DNA of 37,411 nt from a virus. The translations under genes and the position numbers were made by a program. The notes below the pieces were generated by a model. It had not been told where the DNA came from, did not search any database, and saw only the letters and a program-made list of their open reading frames with translations. This document shows, in pieces, positions 26,322 to 35,895 of the stretch (positions within the stretch are counted from its first letter, which is position 1; the number at the start of each line of letters is the position of its first letter). Location: UHGV virus genome UHGV-0194661; one strand, 5' to 3'.

Positions 26322-26918
26322 ATGATGTTACAGCTCTTTGAAGACGGCGCAGGAGCTGGCTCTGGTACACAGGGTGGAAATGCCGGGAATGGAGATGGTG
26401 GAAACGGATCCACTGGTGGCGCATCCGGAGCACATGGAACCGGAACATATACCTATGAACAATTGGAAGAGATTGCAAGTTCGAGAGCGAAAAAGTCGGA
26501 AAGAGCAGCTCTTGCAAATTTCTTCAGAGGTCAGGGAATGACAGAAGACGAGGTAACTCAGGCAATCAGCCAGTTCAAAACAGAGAGAGCTAAAAACCAG
26601 CCGAACGTAGCACAGTTACAACAGCAGTTAGCAGAATCTCAGAACAAGGTCCGGCAGATGGAAAATGAAAAATTCTTGTCCGGCAAAGGAGTAAAGGCGG
26701 ACGATCTGGACTATGTAACTTTTAAAATCTCCAAAATGGTAGATGATAAAACAACATTTGAAAAGGCAGCAGAGAAGTTTTTGAAAGAGAATCCAAGATA
26801 TGCAGGCGGTGGCTCTTATCGCATCGCAGATTCTTCAGTAGGAAATGCATCCGATGGTTCTGGTGGAAATATGAATGCATCCATCAATGACAGAATCAGA
26901 GCTGCTGCAAGAAGATAA
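26322..26918 (+). CDS. Scaffold protein (Gly-rich N-terminus, helical core)
   Basis: Position between prp and the capsid gene. N-terminus MMLQLFEDG resembles a Prp leader. An A9 run at 26312..26320 and an upstream GGAGG make the true start ambiguous. Confidence 0.55.
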   Translation: MMLQLFEDGAGAGSGTQGGNAGNGDGGNGSTGGASGAHGTGTYTYEQLEEIASSRAKKSERAALANFFRGQGMTEDEVTQAISQFKTERAKNQPNVAQLQQQLAESQNKVRQMENEKFLSGKGVKADDLDYVTFKISKMVDDKTTFEKAAEKFLKENPRYAGGGSYRIADSSVGNASDGSGGNMNASINDRIRAAARR

Positions 26919-26930
26919 TGGAGGAATGAA

Positions 26931-27908
26931 ATGAATAGAAAAAGAATGAATTTAAGAATATTTGAAACAGATGTAAACGTTATTGATCGTAGCGGAGCAG
27001 AGTCACTTATTCCTACACAGGAAGCAAGCGAGATTATCCAGGGAACAATCGCACAGTCAGCAGTGCTGTCAAGAGGACGTAAGCTTGCGAATATGACTAG
27101 TAAGCAGTACAAGATGCCAGTACTTGATATGCTGCCGATTGCTTACTTTGTAAATGGTGATAATGGCCAGAAGAAGACAACAAAGCAGGCATGGGACAAG
27201 AAGTTTATTACAGCTGAGGAAATTGCTGTTATTGTTCCGATTCCGGAAGCTGTATTGGACGATGCAGAATATGACATTTGGGCAGAAGTAAAGCCAAGAG
27301 TAACAGAGGCGTTTGGAAAGGTTATCGACAGTGCGGTATTATTTGGTGAAAATAAACCGTCTACATGGAGAGATGATGTGGTTGCAACCGCAACAAAGGC
27401 AAATGCTGTTATCACATTAGGAACGGCTGACAGTCTGTATGACAAGATCATGGCTGAAGACGGAGTGATCGCAAAGGTGGAGGATTGTGGATATTTTGTA
27501 AATGGTCATATGGCTGATATTTCCATGAGAGCAAAACTTAGAGGATTGAAGAATATGAATGGAGATCCGTTATTCAAACAGGATCTGCAGGGAAGTACAC
27601 AGTACGCACTGGACGGATCACCAATGAACTTCCCGAATAATGGAGCATTTGATAAAACGAAAGCTCTTATGATTTCCGGAGATTTCTCACAGCTTGTATA
27701 TTCCATCAGACAGGACATAACATTTAAATTGTTTACAGAGGGAGTCATCCAGAACACAGATGGAACAATAGCATACAACCTGATGCAGAATGACATGATT
27801 GCTCTTCGTGCGGTGATGCGTTTGGGCTGGGAAATTCCAAATCCTATCAACTCTCTTAAGACAGACAAAACAAAGAGATGTCCGTTTGCAATATTAAAAG
27901 CTGAATAA
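26931..27908 (+). CDS. Major capsid protein (HK97 fold) with short N-terminal leader
   Basis: 325 aa after the scaffold. N-terminus MNRKRMNLRIFETD has a leader similar to the scaffold's. Confidence 0.7.
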   Translation: MNRKRMNLRIFETDVNVIDRSGAESLIPTQEASEIIQGTIAQSAVLSRGRKLANMTSKQYKMPVLDMLPIAYFVNGDNGQKKTTKQAWDKKFITAEEIAVIVPIPEAVLDDAEYDIWAEVKPRVTEAFGKVIDSAVLFGENKPSTWRDDVVATATKANAVITLGTADSLYDKIMAEDGVIAKVEDCGYFVNGHMADISMRAKLRGLKNMNGDPLFKQDLQGSTQYALDGSPMNFPNNGAFDKTKALMISGDFSQLVYSIRQDITFKLFTEGVIQNTDGTIAYNLMQNDMIALRAVMRLGWEIPNPINSLKTDKTKRCPFAILKAE

Positions 27909-27923
27909 TTAGGAGATGATACT

Positions 27924-28292
27924 GTGAATGTAACGTATGAATATTACAAGGAAACTTATGGTGGTTCTCTGATTCCGGAGAACCGCTGGAAAACCCTTGA
28001 GATCAAAATGACAGCAAGGCTGAACCAATATACATTCAACCGGATGGAAGAGGGAGAATGGTTGGAAGAGGCGAAAACAGCTCTCTGTGAGATGTGCGAA
28101 TATGCATACAGAGACGAAAAGAGGGAAGGAAAAACCTCTGAAACTAATGATGGATGTTCTGTCTCATACGATACAGGAAAATCGCTGGATGCAACGCTGT
28201 ATGGTATTGCAGAGGTCTATCTGGCCAACACAGGGCTGATGTACAGAGGAGTGATGAATCATGCTGACGAATGCGACGATTACGATCTATAA
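27924..28292 (+). CDS. Head-tail connector (gp6-like)
   Basis: 122 aa directly after the capsid gene. GTG start 9 nt after AGGAG. Confidence 0.5.
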   Translation: MNVTYEYYKETYGGSLIPENRWKTLEIKMTARLNQYTFNRMEEGEWLEEAKTALCEMCEYAYRDEKREGKTSETNDGCSVSYDTGKSLDATLYGIAEVYLANTGLMYRGVMNHADECDDYDL

Positions 28293-28665
28293 CAGGAAAC
28301 GTGGAGATAAGGATACCCATGACACGTGGAATCGAACAGTTCTGCGTGACGTTCACGTGTATATCGATCACAAAACGGCATTGACTGAATCAGGGTTGAA
28401 GAGTGCAGATGTCTACAAGATCCGTATTCCGGAAGAAGTGGAGAATGCGGATCGGTACCTTCCACCGGAAGAATACGAGAGGTCGGAAACTTCGGAAGAA
28501 TATTGGACAATCCAAAACGATGACCAGATTGTTATCGGAGAATGCGAGATGGAGATCGAGAAGCCTTCCAATCTGACGGCAGTATCTCAGAGACACTGCA
28601 AGGTTAACAGCTGGTCAGATAACCGGTTCGGATCAATACCTCACTGGAGGGTCGGAGGTGAGTAG
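28261..28665 (+). CDS. Head closure / head-tail adaptor protein
   Basis: 134 aa. Call rests on position. Confidence 0.45.
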   Translation: MLTNATITIYNRKRGDKDTHDTWNRTVLRDVHVYIDHKTALTESGLKSADVYKIRIPEEVENADRYLPPEEYERSETSEEYWTIQNDDQIVIGECEMEIEKPSNLTAVSQRHCKVNSWSDNRFGSIPHWRVGGE

Positions 28666-29049
28666 ATGGCTGGCAAGAAAGCATTTTCAATCAATACGCC
28701 ACGTGGAAGTATCACCACGGTTACGAATGCAGACGGATCGGTAACGGCAGAACTGAAATGGGCACCTGGCTTTTCAGAGCGAAAAGAGGGTGCTTTTTCC
28801 AATGCACAGGAATTCGTCGATTCGGAATGTTTGCGGTACATGAATCCGTTGGCACCGAGAAGAACCGGAATGCTGATCAAGTCCGGAACGCTTGGAACGG
28901 TGATCGGATCCGGATCAATCGAGTATATCACTCCGTATGCACGTCGCCAGTACTATGAACACAAGACAAGGTCAAAATGGTTTGAAACCATGAAAGCAAG
29001 CAAGAAGGATGTTATAAGGGAAGGGGCAGAGAAGATTGCAGGAAAATAA
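28666..29049 (+). CDS. HK97 gp10-like tail component
   Basis: 127 aa, ...LAPRRTGMLIKSGTLGTV... is gp10-like. Confidence 0.45.
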   Translation: MAGKKAFSINTPRGSITTVTNADGSVTAELKWAPGFSERKEGAFSNAQEFVDSECLRYMNPLAPRRTGMLIKSGTLGTVIGSGSIEYITPYARRQYYEHKTRSKWFETMKASKKDVIREGAEKIAGK

Positions 29050-29458
29050 GAAGACGCCAATCATCGAAAGTATCCGGGAATATGTGAAGTCTTACCCAGG
29101 CATTGACAATCGTCGGATCAATATCGATTATCTCGGTGATGGAATGGAATACTCCATTGATCCGATCGGAGCAGACCCTATATACAAGAAATATGTGGAT
29201 GGTTCCTGCCTGAAACAGTTCCAGTTCGCTCTGACAAGCAAGGAGGCTTATGACGGGGACACTAGAACTGGAATCGCAAACAGCGGGTTCTATCAGGATT
29301 TCGAGGAGTGGACACAACAGAACAATATGAATGATATCGTACCGGAGCTGGACGGGCATGACGCTATTCGAGTGGAAGTGCTGCAGTCCGGCTATTTGTT
29401 TAGCACAGAGGCAGATCTGGGACGGTATCAGATGATTTGCAGAGTAATTTACAAATAA
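29036..29458 (+). CDS. Tail completion / neck protein (hypothetical)
   Basis: 140 aa between the gp10-like gene and the major tail gene. Confidence 0.4.
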   Translation: MQENKKTPIIESIREYVKSYPGIDNRRINIDYLGDGMEYSIDPIGADPIYKKYVDGSCLKQFQFALTSKEAYDGDTRTGIANSGFYQDFEEWTQQNNMNDIVPELDGHDAIRVEVLQSGYLFSTEADLGRYQMICRVIYK

Positions 29459-29474
29459 TACAGGAGGTATGAAA

Positions 29475-29984
29475 ATGGAAACAGCTGATGGAAAAAAGAA
29501 GTTGGTTGGGAGACATAAGCGAGTCGCGTTTATGGATGTAACAGGTGATGGAAAGACTTATACAAGAATGACCGGCTTTACATCAATGTCAGAAAGTAAA
29601 AATGCTAGTGAATACAGCAGACATTACGTGGATGAGGAGAGTGAACGAACAGATGTAGTCGGATATGCAACATCAAATGATTATGAATTTGACCGTTATA
29701 CAAATGACCCTGTGCAACAGAAAATTGCGGAAATTTCAGATGATGAACTTCTCGGATCTGATGCACAGGTATCTATTGTTTCTGTAGATTTATATGATGT
29801 AAAGGAAGAAAGTCCGAATACATGCGTAGCGAGAAAGCGCGAATGGAGCGTTGTTCCAGACAGCTCAGGAGATGGAACAGACGCTCTGATTTACAAAGGA
29901 AGTCTGAAAGCCAATGGTGAAAAGATCAAAGGAACAGCCACTACCACAGACGGCTGGAAGACCTGTACATTTGCAGCAGAGTGA
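29475..29984 (+). CDS. Major tail protein
   Basis: AGGAGG then ATG 29475. About 170 aa, immediately upstream of the chaperone pair and tape measure. Confidence 0.55.
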   Translation: METADGKKKLVGRHKRVAFMDVTGDGKTYTRMTGFTSMSESKNASEYSRHYVDEESERTDVVGYATSNDYEFDRYTNDPVQQKIAEISDDELLGSDAQVSIVSVDLYDVKEESPNTCVARKREWSVVPDSSGDGTDALIYKGSLKANGEKIKGTATTTDGWKTCTFAAE

Positions 29985-30001
29985 GAAAGAGAGGTTAGCT
30001 A

Positions 30002-30400
30002 ATGGGAATTTTTAAATTTGGAGATCTTGAAGCGGAGATCGATTTTACAGACGCTGATTTCCTGGAAAACCTGGAAGAAGCAAAGAAATTGTTACAGGAA
30101 GAAGCAAAGATGACTCCGGTTACAGGGAAGACGGCAGACATCATCCGTGCCCAGTGCTGGTGTTACTTTAACTTCTTCGACAGGGTTGTCGGAGAAGGAA
30201 CACATGAAGCAATGTTCTGCGGAAAGACAAGTCTGAACCTGTGCATTGAAGCTGTAGAGGCATTGAAACAGTTCGAGAATGCGGATGCTGAAAGAATCAA
30301 TGAAAAGTATAGTGAATATACCGTACAGCAACATGGAAACAGGCAGCAGAGAAGGAACTATAATAAGCAGAAGAACAGGAAGTACTCCAACAACAGGTAA
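30002..30400 (+). CDS. Tail assembly chaperone (gpG-like)
   Basis: 132 aa, acidic N-terminus, low-complexity basic C-terminus. Canonical position. Confidence 0.5.
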   Translation: MGIFKFGDLEAEIDFTDADFLENLEEAKKLLQEEAKMTPVTGKTADIIRAQCWCYFNFFDRVVGEGTHEAMFCGKTSLNLCIEAVEALKQFENADAERINEKYSEYTVQQHGNRQQRRNYNKQKNRKYSNNR

Positions 30401-30403
30401 GAG

Positions 30404-30967
30404 ATGAACATTTTGATTGATAAATTTCCGGAATCTGTATCGGTGGATGGAGAGGAATATCCGGTGGAGACAGATTTCCGGGAATGGATAAGGCTGATGA
30501 AACTGGTAGAGGATGACAGTGTACCGGAGAATGTCAAGTGTGGTCTGCTGATGCAATGGTATACGGACACGATACCGGACGACCTGGAAGCTGCAATTGA
30601 TGCACTCGGCGAGTTCCTCGCCATGAATCTGGGGGAAAAAGAAGAAATTGCACCGGTGCAATCATCCAAACAGGTCTATTCCTACGATGAAGATATGACA
30701 TGGATCTACAGTGCATTCAGGGAAGTGTATGGTATTGACCTGCAGAAAATTGAGTATATGCACTGGTGGGAGTTCCAGACATTATTTACAGGTCTTCCGG
30801 AAAGCACAGAGATTAAGCAGAGAATGATGTACCGAAGTATAGATCTCGGAACCGTAAAGGATAAGGACGAGCGCAAAAGAATCAAGAGAATACAGGACGC
30901 CATTGCACTGAAGAAAAAGAGAAAGAGAAAAATGACAGACTACGAGATTGGAGATATGTTTGCGTGA
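30404..30967 (+). CDS. Gp15-like tail assembly protein (gpT-like)
   Basis: 187 aa, in the same frame as the preceding ORF and separated by a single TAA codon. Confidence 0.5.
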   Translation: MNILIDKFPESVSVDGEEYPVETDFREWIRLMKLVEDDSVPENVKCGLLMQWYTDTIPDDLEAAIDALGEFLAMNLGEKEEIAPVQSSKQVYSYDEDMTWIYSAFREVYGIDLQKIEYMHWWEFQTLFTGLPESTEIKQRMMYRSIDLGTVKDKDERKRIKRIQDAIALKKKRKRKMTDYEIGDMFA

Positions 30968-30975
30968 CAAAGAAA

Positions 30976-31122
30976 ATGATGATCAGCATTCCGACAGAGC
31001 GCAAATGGTACCGGTGTCCTTACTGTGGCAAGAAACTGCTGATATACGAAGATACAGCCAAATGCAATGGCGTGTATCTCAATTGTCGGGAATGCAGGAG
31101 AGAAGTGAAGATTAGGATTTAA
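30976..31122 (+). CDS. Cysteine-rich small zinc-ribbon protein (Cys-rich KTR-like, 48 aa); not in the ORF track
   Basis: MMISIPTERKWYRCPYCGKKLLIYEDTAKCNGVYLNCRECRREVKIRI carries two CxxC pairs. Sits between the chaperone and tape measure. Confidence 0.5.
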   Translation: MMISIPTERKWYRCPYCGKKLLIYEDTAKCNGVYLNCRECRREVKIRI

Positions 31123-31166
31123 GCACATGTGAGCCGTTGAGCCGTGCTATCAGAAAGGGTGATAGT

Positions 31167-33353
31167 ATGGCGGACGGCTATTTGAATTTTAATACAAAAA
31201 TTAATGAAAAAGGGTTCAACGACGGCATAAAGAAGCTGGGAAGCCTTGGAAAAAGCGGATTATCGGTTGTAACGAAAGCGGCGGCTGGTGCAGTTGCTGC
31301 TATTGGCGCTATGACAGGGACATCTATAAAAGTAGGAGCTACGTTTGAAGCGGAAATGTCGAAAGTATCCGCTATATCGGGAGCCGCAGGAGAAGACTTG
31401 CAGTCTTTGATAGATAAAGCAAAGGAAATGGGGGCAAAGACAAAATTCTCGGCTACGGAGTCAGCACAGGCTATGGAATACATGGCTATGGCTGGATGGA
31501 AAACGGGAGATATGCTCAATGGTATAGAGGGCATTATGAATCTCGCAGCGGCTTCCGGAGAAAATCTTGCGACTACATCGGATATTGTAACAGATGCTCT
31601 GACTGCGTTTGGATTGTCGGCATCAGACTCAACGCATTTTTCGGACATCTTAGCAAAAGCATCATCAAATGCTAATACTAACGTAAGCATGATGGGCGAG
31701 ACATTCAAGTATGTTGCACCTGTAGCCGGGGCACTCGGATTCTCGGCAGAAGATTGCGCTACAGCAATTGGATTGATGGCCAATTCAGGAATTAAAGCAG
31801 GACAGGCCGGTACATCATTGCGAGCCATTCTAGCCAGAATGGCAAAACCGACCGATGAAGTTCAGGGAGCTATGGATGCACTCGGGGTCTCCATAACTAA
31901 TAGTGATGGCTCAATGAAATCTCTGAATGAGATCATGTTGGAACTGAGAAACGGCTTCTCAGGCCTGACAGAAGAACAAAAAGCACAAATGGCTTCCGCC
32001 CTGGGCGGACAGGAAGCCATGTCCGGATTGCTTGCAATAGTAAATGCTTCCAACGATGATTTTGACAAGTTGACAGATTCTATTGCAAACTGCGACGGAG
32101 CGTCTGCGAAAATGGCGGCAACCATGCAGGACAACCTGAAAGGCCAGCTCACTATCTTGAAATCTGAAGCCGAGGGACTGGGAATAGAGATATATGAGTC
32201 AATAGAAGTTCCGTTAAAAAACTTGGCAGCGGCTGGAGTGCAAACACTGGCAGATCTAAATGAAGCGTATGCATCAGGCGGGTTCGAAGGATTCATTAGC
32301 GAAATTGGAAGTAAGGTAGAAGAACAAATCAATCAGCTGATTACATTAGCGCAAACCAAAGGACCTGAGATCATCAGCAACCTGGGAACAGGAATCTCCT
32401 CAGCAATACCTGAATTAGTTGCTCAGGGATCTGCGCTGATGCTTGAGCTGGTGAACACGATTACAGCCAACCGGCCGGCAGTTATTACGGCCGGAGTAAG
32501 CATTATAGCTTCACTTGTAAGTAGTTTGGCGACACAGTTACCACAGCTGATACCGGCAGCAGTTAACATGATACTGACGCTGGTTCAATCACTCATTGAC
32601 AACCTACCACAGATTATTTCGTCTGGCCTGAAGCTGATGCAGGGACTTGCACAGGGAATCGCAAACTCGATTCCGACGGTAGCAGCCAAAGCGCCGGTCA
32701 TTATTGCGAAGTTAGTATCAACGATCATTAGCAACCTTCCGCAGATTCTTATGACCGGAATAAAAATCATAACACAGTTGGCGGTTGGACTGGTGCGGGG
32801 AATCCCGCAGCTGATTGCGAAAATACCGTCTATGGTAAGCCAGATCATACATGCATTTACGAGCGTAAACTGGGCAGATGTCGGAATTAATATCATAAAA
32901 GGCATTGCAAGCGGTCTAACGAGTGCAGCAAAGAGCCTTGCAGACGCAGCGGCGAACGCGGCATCAAATGCACTTAACTGGGTAAAAGAAAAGCTGGGCA
33001 TCCATTCACCGTCCCGTGTGTTCCGTGATCAGGTAGGTAAGATGATGGCTCTTGGTATGGGAATCGGATTTGAGAAGAATATTCCGGTCAAGAGCATGAG
33101 TGCAGGAGTCAAGAGAGCTGTGGGAAGCCTGAAGGAGTCAGCTGAACTGATTACAAGCAGAAGTACATCCAGCAACAGCGTGGATGGAATGCGAAACCAT
33201 CCGGTATGGGGAGGACCAACAGATCAGACGGATTATGACAGATTGGAGAGGATACAGATGAAAGCGGCCAAGACAATCGCAAAAAGACCAATATATCTTG
33301 GAACAGAGCGAATCGACAAGCCACTGCCGAAAGGAGCGGTACCGCAAGTATGA
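31167..33353 (+). CDS. Tail tape measure protein
   Basis: 729 aa from ATG 31167 (after AAAGGGTGA). Ala/Gly-rich helical repeats. The track ORF starts at 31137. Confidence 0.75.
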   Translation: MADGYLNFNTKINEKGFNDGIKKLGSLGKSGLSVVTKAAAGAVAAIGAMTGTSIKVGATFEAEMSKVSAISGAAGEDLQSLIDKAKEMGAKTKFSATESAQAMEYMAMAGWKTGDMLNGIEGIMNLAAASGENLATTSDIVTDALTAFGLSASDSTHFSDILAKASSNANTNVSMMGETFKYVAPVAGALGFSAEDCATAIGLMANSGIKAGQAGTSLRAILARMAKPTDEVQGAMDALGVSITNSDGSMKSLNEIMLELRNGFSGLTEEQKAQMASALGGQEAMSGLLAIVNASNDDFDKLTDSIANCDGASAKMAATMQDNLKGQLTILKSEAEGLGIEIYESIEVPLKNLAAAGVQTLADLNEAYASGGFEGFISEIGSKVEEQINQLITLAQTKGPEIISNLGTGISSAIPELVAQGSALMLELVNTITANRPAVITAGVSIIASLVSSLATQLPQLIPAAVNMILTLVQSLIDNLPQIISSGLKLMQGLAQGIANSIPTVAAKAPVIIAKLVSTIISNLPQILMTGIKIITQLAVGLVRGIPQLIAKIPSMVSQIIHAFTSVNWADVGINIIKGIASGLTSAAKSLADAAANAASNALNWVKEKLGIHSPSRVFRDQVGKMMALGMGIGFEKNIPVKSMSAGVKRAVGSLKESAELITSRSTSSNSVDGMRNHPVWGGPTDQTDYDRLERIQMKAAKTIAKRPIYLGTERIDKPLPKGAVPQV

Positions 33354-34132
33354 TTGTATATTATGAAAATTCAAAAGGGGAGCAGCTGAATCTTCTGAAG
33401 GCTCCCTATAGAACAATGAAGACAGACTGGTTCGATGCGGACTGGTCAGAGTCTTCTGACGGGTATGAAAAGACCGTGACAATTGACGTATTCGGGAAAC
33501 GGAATGAATTCCAGTCGAATATGGAACGACTCTACAAGATCATAGCGGTTGATGCGGAAAACGAAGTATACGGGAAATTGTATGTGAATGGTGCATATCT
33601 TCCATGCAGGGTGCTGAAATCGTCAAAAGATGGATGGAAAGGATATGTATACTCTCAAGTTGAAATAACATTCTTCGCGCCGAAATTTGTGTGGATCATA
33701 GAAGATACAAAGCGGTTCTTTCCGAGAAAAGAGAAAGAGGCATCATCGGGAATGGATTTCCCGGAAGATTTTTCGTTTGATTTTTCGCCTACAAAAAAAG
33801 GAACTGCAGCATGGGAAGTGGATCATATTATTCCAAGCGATTTCGAACTGATCATATATGGACCGTGCGTGAATCCGAGAATATTGGTCAATGAGTATCC
33901 CTATGAAGTATATGTGACGCTGGAAAGAAATGAATACCTGATCATTGACAGCAGAACCAACACGGTAATGAGATATCTGCAGAACGGAACTGCACAGAGT
34001 GCGTTTAACGAAAGATCGCTTGAAAATTCAGTATTCAAAAAGATTCCAGAAGGATTGTTGAACATTAACTGGTCGGGGGAGTTTGGTTTTGACCTGACTC
34101 TATTTTTGAACAGGAGGGAACCGCCGTGGTAA
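33350..34132 (+). CDS. Distal tail protein (Dit)
   Basis: 260 aa directly after the tape measure, overlapping its stop. Confidence 0.55.
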   Translation: MIVYYENSKGEQLNLLKAPYRTMKTDWFDADWSESSDGYEKTVTIDVFGKRNEFQSNMERLYKIIAVDAENEVYGKLYVNGAYLPCRVLKSSKDGWKGYVYSQVEITFFAPKFVWIIEDTKRFFPRKEKEASSGMDFPEDFSFDFSPTKKGTAAWEVDHIIPSDFELIIYGPCVNPRILVNEYPYEVYVTLERNEYLIIDSRTNTVMRYLQNGTAQSAFNERSLENSVFKKIPEGLLNINWSGEFGFDLTLFLNRREPPW

Positions 34133-35115
34133 CGCTTGCAGATAAGAATCTTAAGGAAATCGGACACATAAAGGATGCCAATATTTCCTTTGACACAAAT
34201 GGAGAATATGAGTTTTCGGTTCAGGTTGCACGAACGAACTGGTTTCCGGAACTCGGATTTTCCAGTTATATCTATATCTTGGGTACTGAGTACGGCGGTA
34301 TTGTCGGAGAGATACTGACAGATACAACATTAGACTACGTTGAAGTCAAGGGACTCACGTGGAGAGGACTACTGCATTATAAGGTGATAGAACCGCCGAC
34401 GGGATCAGACTACAAGAAAGTAAGCGGAGAAGTGAATCAGGTGCTGAAACCGTTGATTGAACCGGTATTTAGCAGATTATATGTGGTGTCCGCTGAAAAT
34501 ACGGGAGTTACAGTGAGCAACTATCAATTTGATCGTTACTGCACCTTATTGGACGGAATCGAAAAAATGCTGAAAAGCAAAGGGTACAGACTGCGATTGC
34601 GTTTCCAGCGCGATCAGGGAGAACCGGGATACTTATTCATAGAATCCGTACCGATTAGAGACTATTCGAATGAGATAGAACTGTCGAAAGATATGAGATT
34701 GAACTACACGATGGACGATAAGAGAAATGGTGTAAATCATTTGATTGTTACAGGAAAAGGAGAACTACAGAATAGAAATGTATTCCATCTGTACGTGCAG
34801 AAAGACGGAAGTGTAGGAAAGAAACAATATTATACCGGATTAGAAGAGATTACAGCTGTGTACGAAAATACTTCTACAGAGACGGAAAATCTAGAAGAGA
34901 AGGCGATTGAACACCTTCAGAAGCTGATGAACACGAAGACCTTCAAGATGGATGTCGCAAAACTCGGGCTCCATGTTGAAATAGGAGATATTGTGGGAGG
35001 AAGGGATTACCTGACCGGCATGTACATGTCGAAACCGGTGGAAAATATTATCTACGAAATTATAGATGATGTGGAATCAATAACCTACAAATTGGAAGGA
35101 GAAGATGCAGAATGA
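34126..35115 (+). CDS. Tail/baseplate protein (Tal-like N-terminal domain)
   Basis: 329 aa after Dit. Call rests on position. Confidence 0.45.
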   Translation: MVTLADKNLKEIGHIKDANISFDTNGEYEFSVQVARTNWFPELGFSSYIYILGTEYGGIVGEILTDTTLDYVEVKGLTWRGLLHYKVIEPPTGSDYKKVSGEVNQVLKPLIEPVFSRLYVVSAENTGVTVSNYQFDRYCTLLDGIEKMLKSKGYRLRLRFQRDQGEPGYLFIESVPIRDYSNEIELSKDMRLNYTMDDKRNGVNHLIVTGKGELQNRNVFHLYVQKDGSVGKKQYYTGLEEITAVYENTSTETENLEEKAIEHLQKLMNTKTFKMDVAKLGLHVEIGDIVGGRDYLTGMYMSKPVENIIYEIIDDVESITYKLEGEDAE

Positions 35116-35879
35116 ACATAGTATCAGGAAGAACAGGACTGCCTCATGTCACATCAAGGCAATTCCGACAGATGTTAGAGGGCATTGTCGGGCAAGACAG
35201 CTACATCTTTACGAGCGGAGAAAATCTGGAACCGGAATTGAGTTCCAATAATCTGCTCAAGATCAGAAGTGGCATGATGTGCCATCACGGCTGCATATCC
35301 AGTGTCGAAATCGGCACATATGATGAGGTGGAACTGACAAATGGATCGCAAGGAATGCAGAGAATAGATCTTGTGGTGAACCGGTATACAAGAAATCCGG
35401 AGACGGAGGTTGAAAAGTGCGAGTGGAAGGTGGTCATGGGAACACCGGATGCAAACAGCCCTTCGGTTCCGGCATACACAGAGGGCAATCTACAGGATGG
35501 AGACACAGTGGATGAATGTCCGGTATTCGAGGTTCATTACAATGGAATCAATGTAACAGAAGTGAAGAGCCTGCTGAATGTAGTGAAGTCGGCCAAACAG
35601 CTGAGCAATACAATTGATGATAACTATACGCAATTCTATAACCAGAGAATTGCGAAAGGGATTAACCATCTGCCAACTACGAGCGAGGAAAGATATTCGA
35701 TACCAGTCAATGCGGATTCTTGGGTGCCATTTCCTGGAGGACCAAGCATGCCAACGTACTCAAAAGGAATATATGTATGCAACGGTGGCAGAGATGCGGT
35801 AATTATGATGGTGGATGCATCCAATAATCTGTATGTTGGATTTCGAAATGGTGACAACTGGACAGGACGAAAAATCTAA
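35112..35879 (+). CDS. Tail/baseplate-associated structural protein
   Basis: 255 aa, overlapping starts and stops within the tail operon. Confidence 0.4.
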   Translation: MNIVSGRTGLPHVTSRQFRQMLEGIVGQDSYIFTSGENLEPELSSNNLLKIRSGMMCHHGCISSVEIGTYDEVELTNGSQGMQRIDLVVNRYTRNPETEVEKCEWKVVMGTPDANSPSVPAYTEGNLQDGDTVDECPVFEVHYNGINVTEVKSLLNVVKSAKQLSNTIDDNYTQFYNQRIAKGINHLPTTSEERYSIPVNADSWVPFPGGPSMPTYSKGIYVCNGGRDAVIMMVDASNNLYVGFRNGDNWTGRKI

Positions 35880-35895
35880 GAGAGGAGGATAAACG

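Noticed and set aside
30092-30669. Minus-strand ORFs 30092..30661 and 30358..30669 across the tail chaperone genes
   Set aside because: They are antisense to a co-directional structural operon and lack start context.
31178-33482. Long antisense ORFs inside the tape-measure gene (31178..31828, 31862..32332, 32585..33001, 33138..33482)
   Set aside because: Ala/Gly-rich tape-measure coding sequence commonly yields open antisense frames. They carry no start signals, and the sense ORF is unambiguous.
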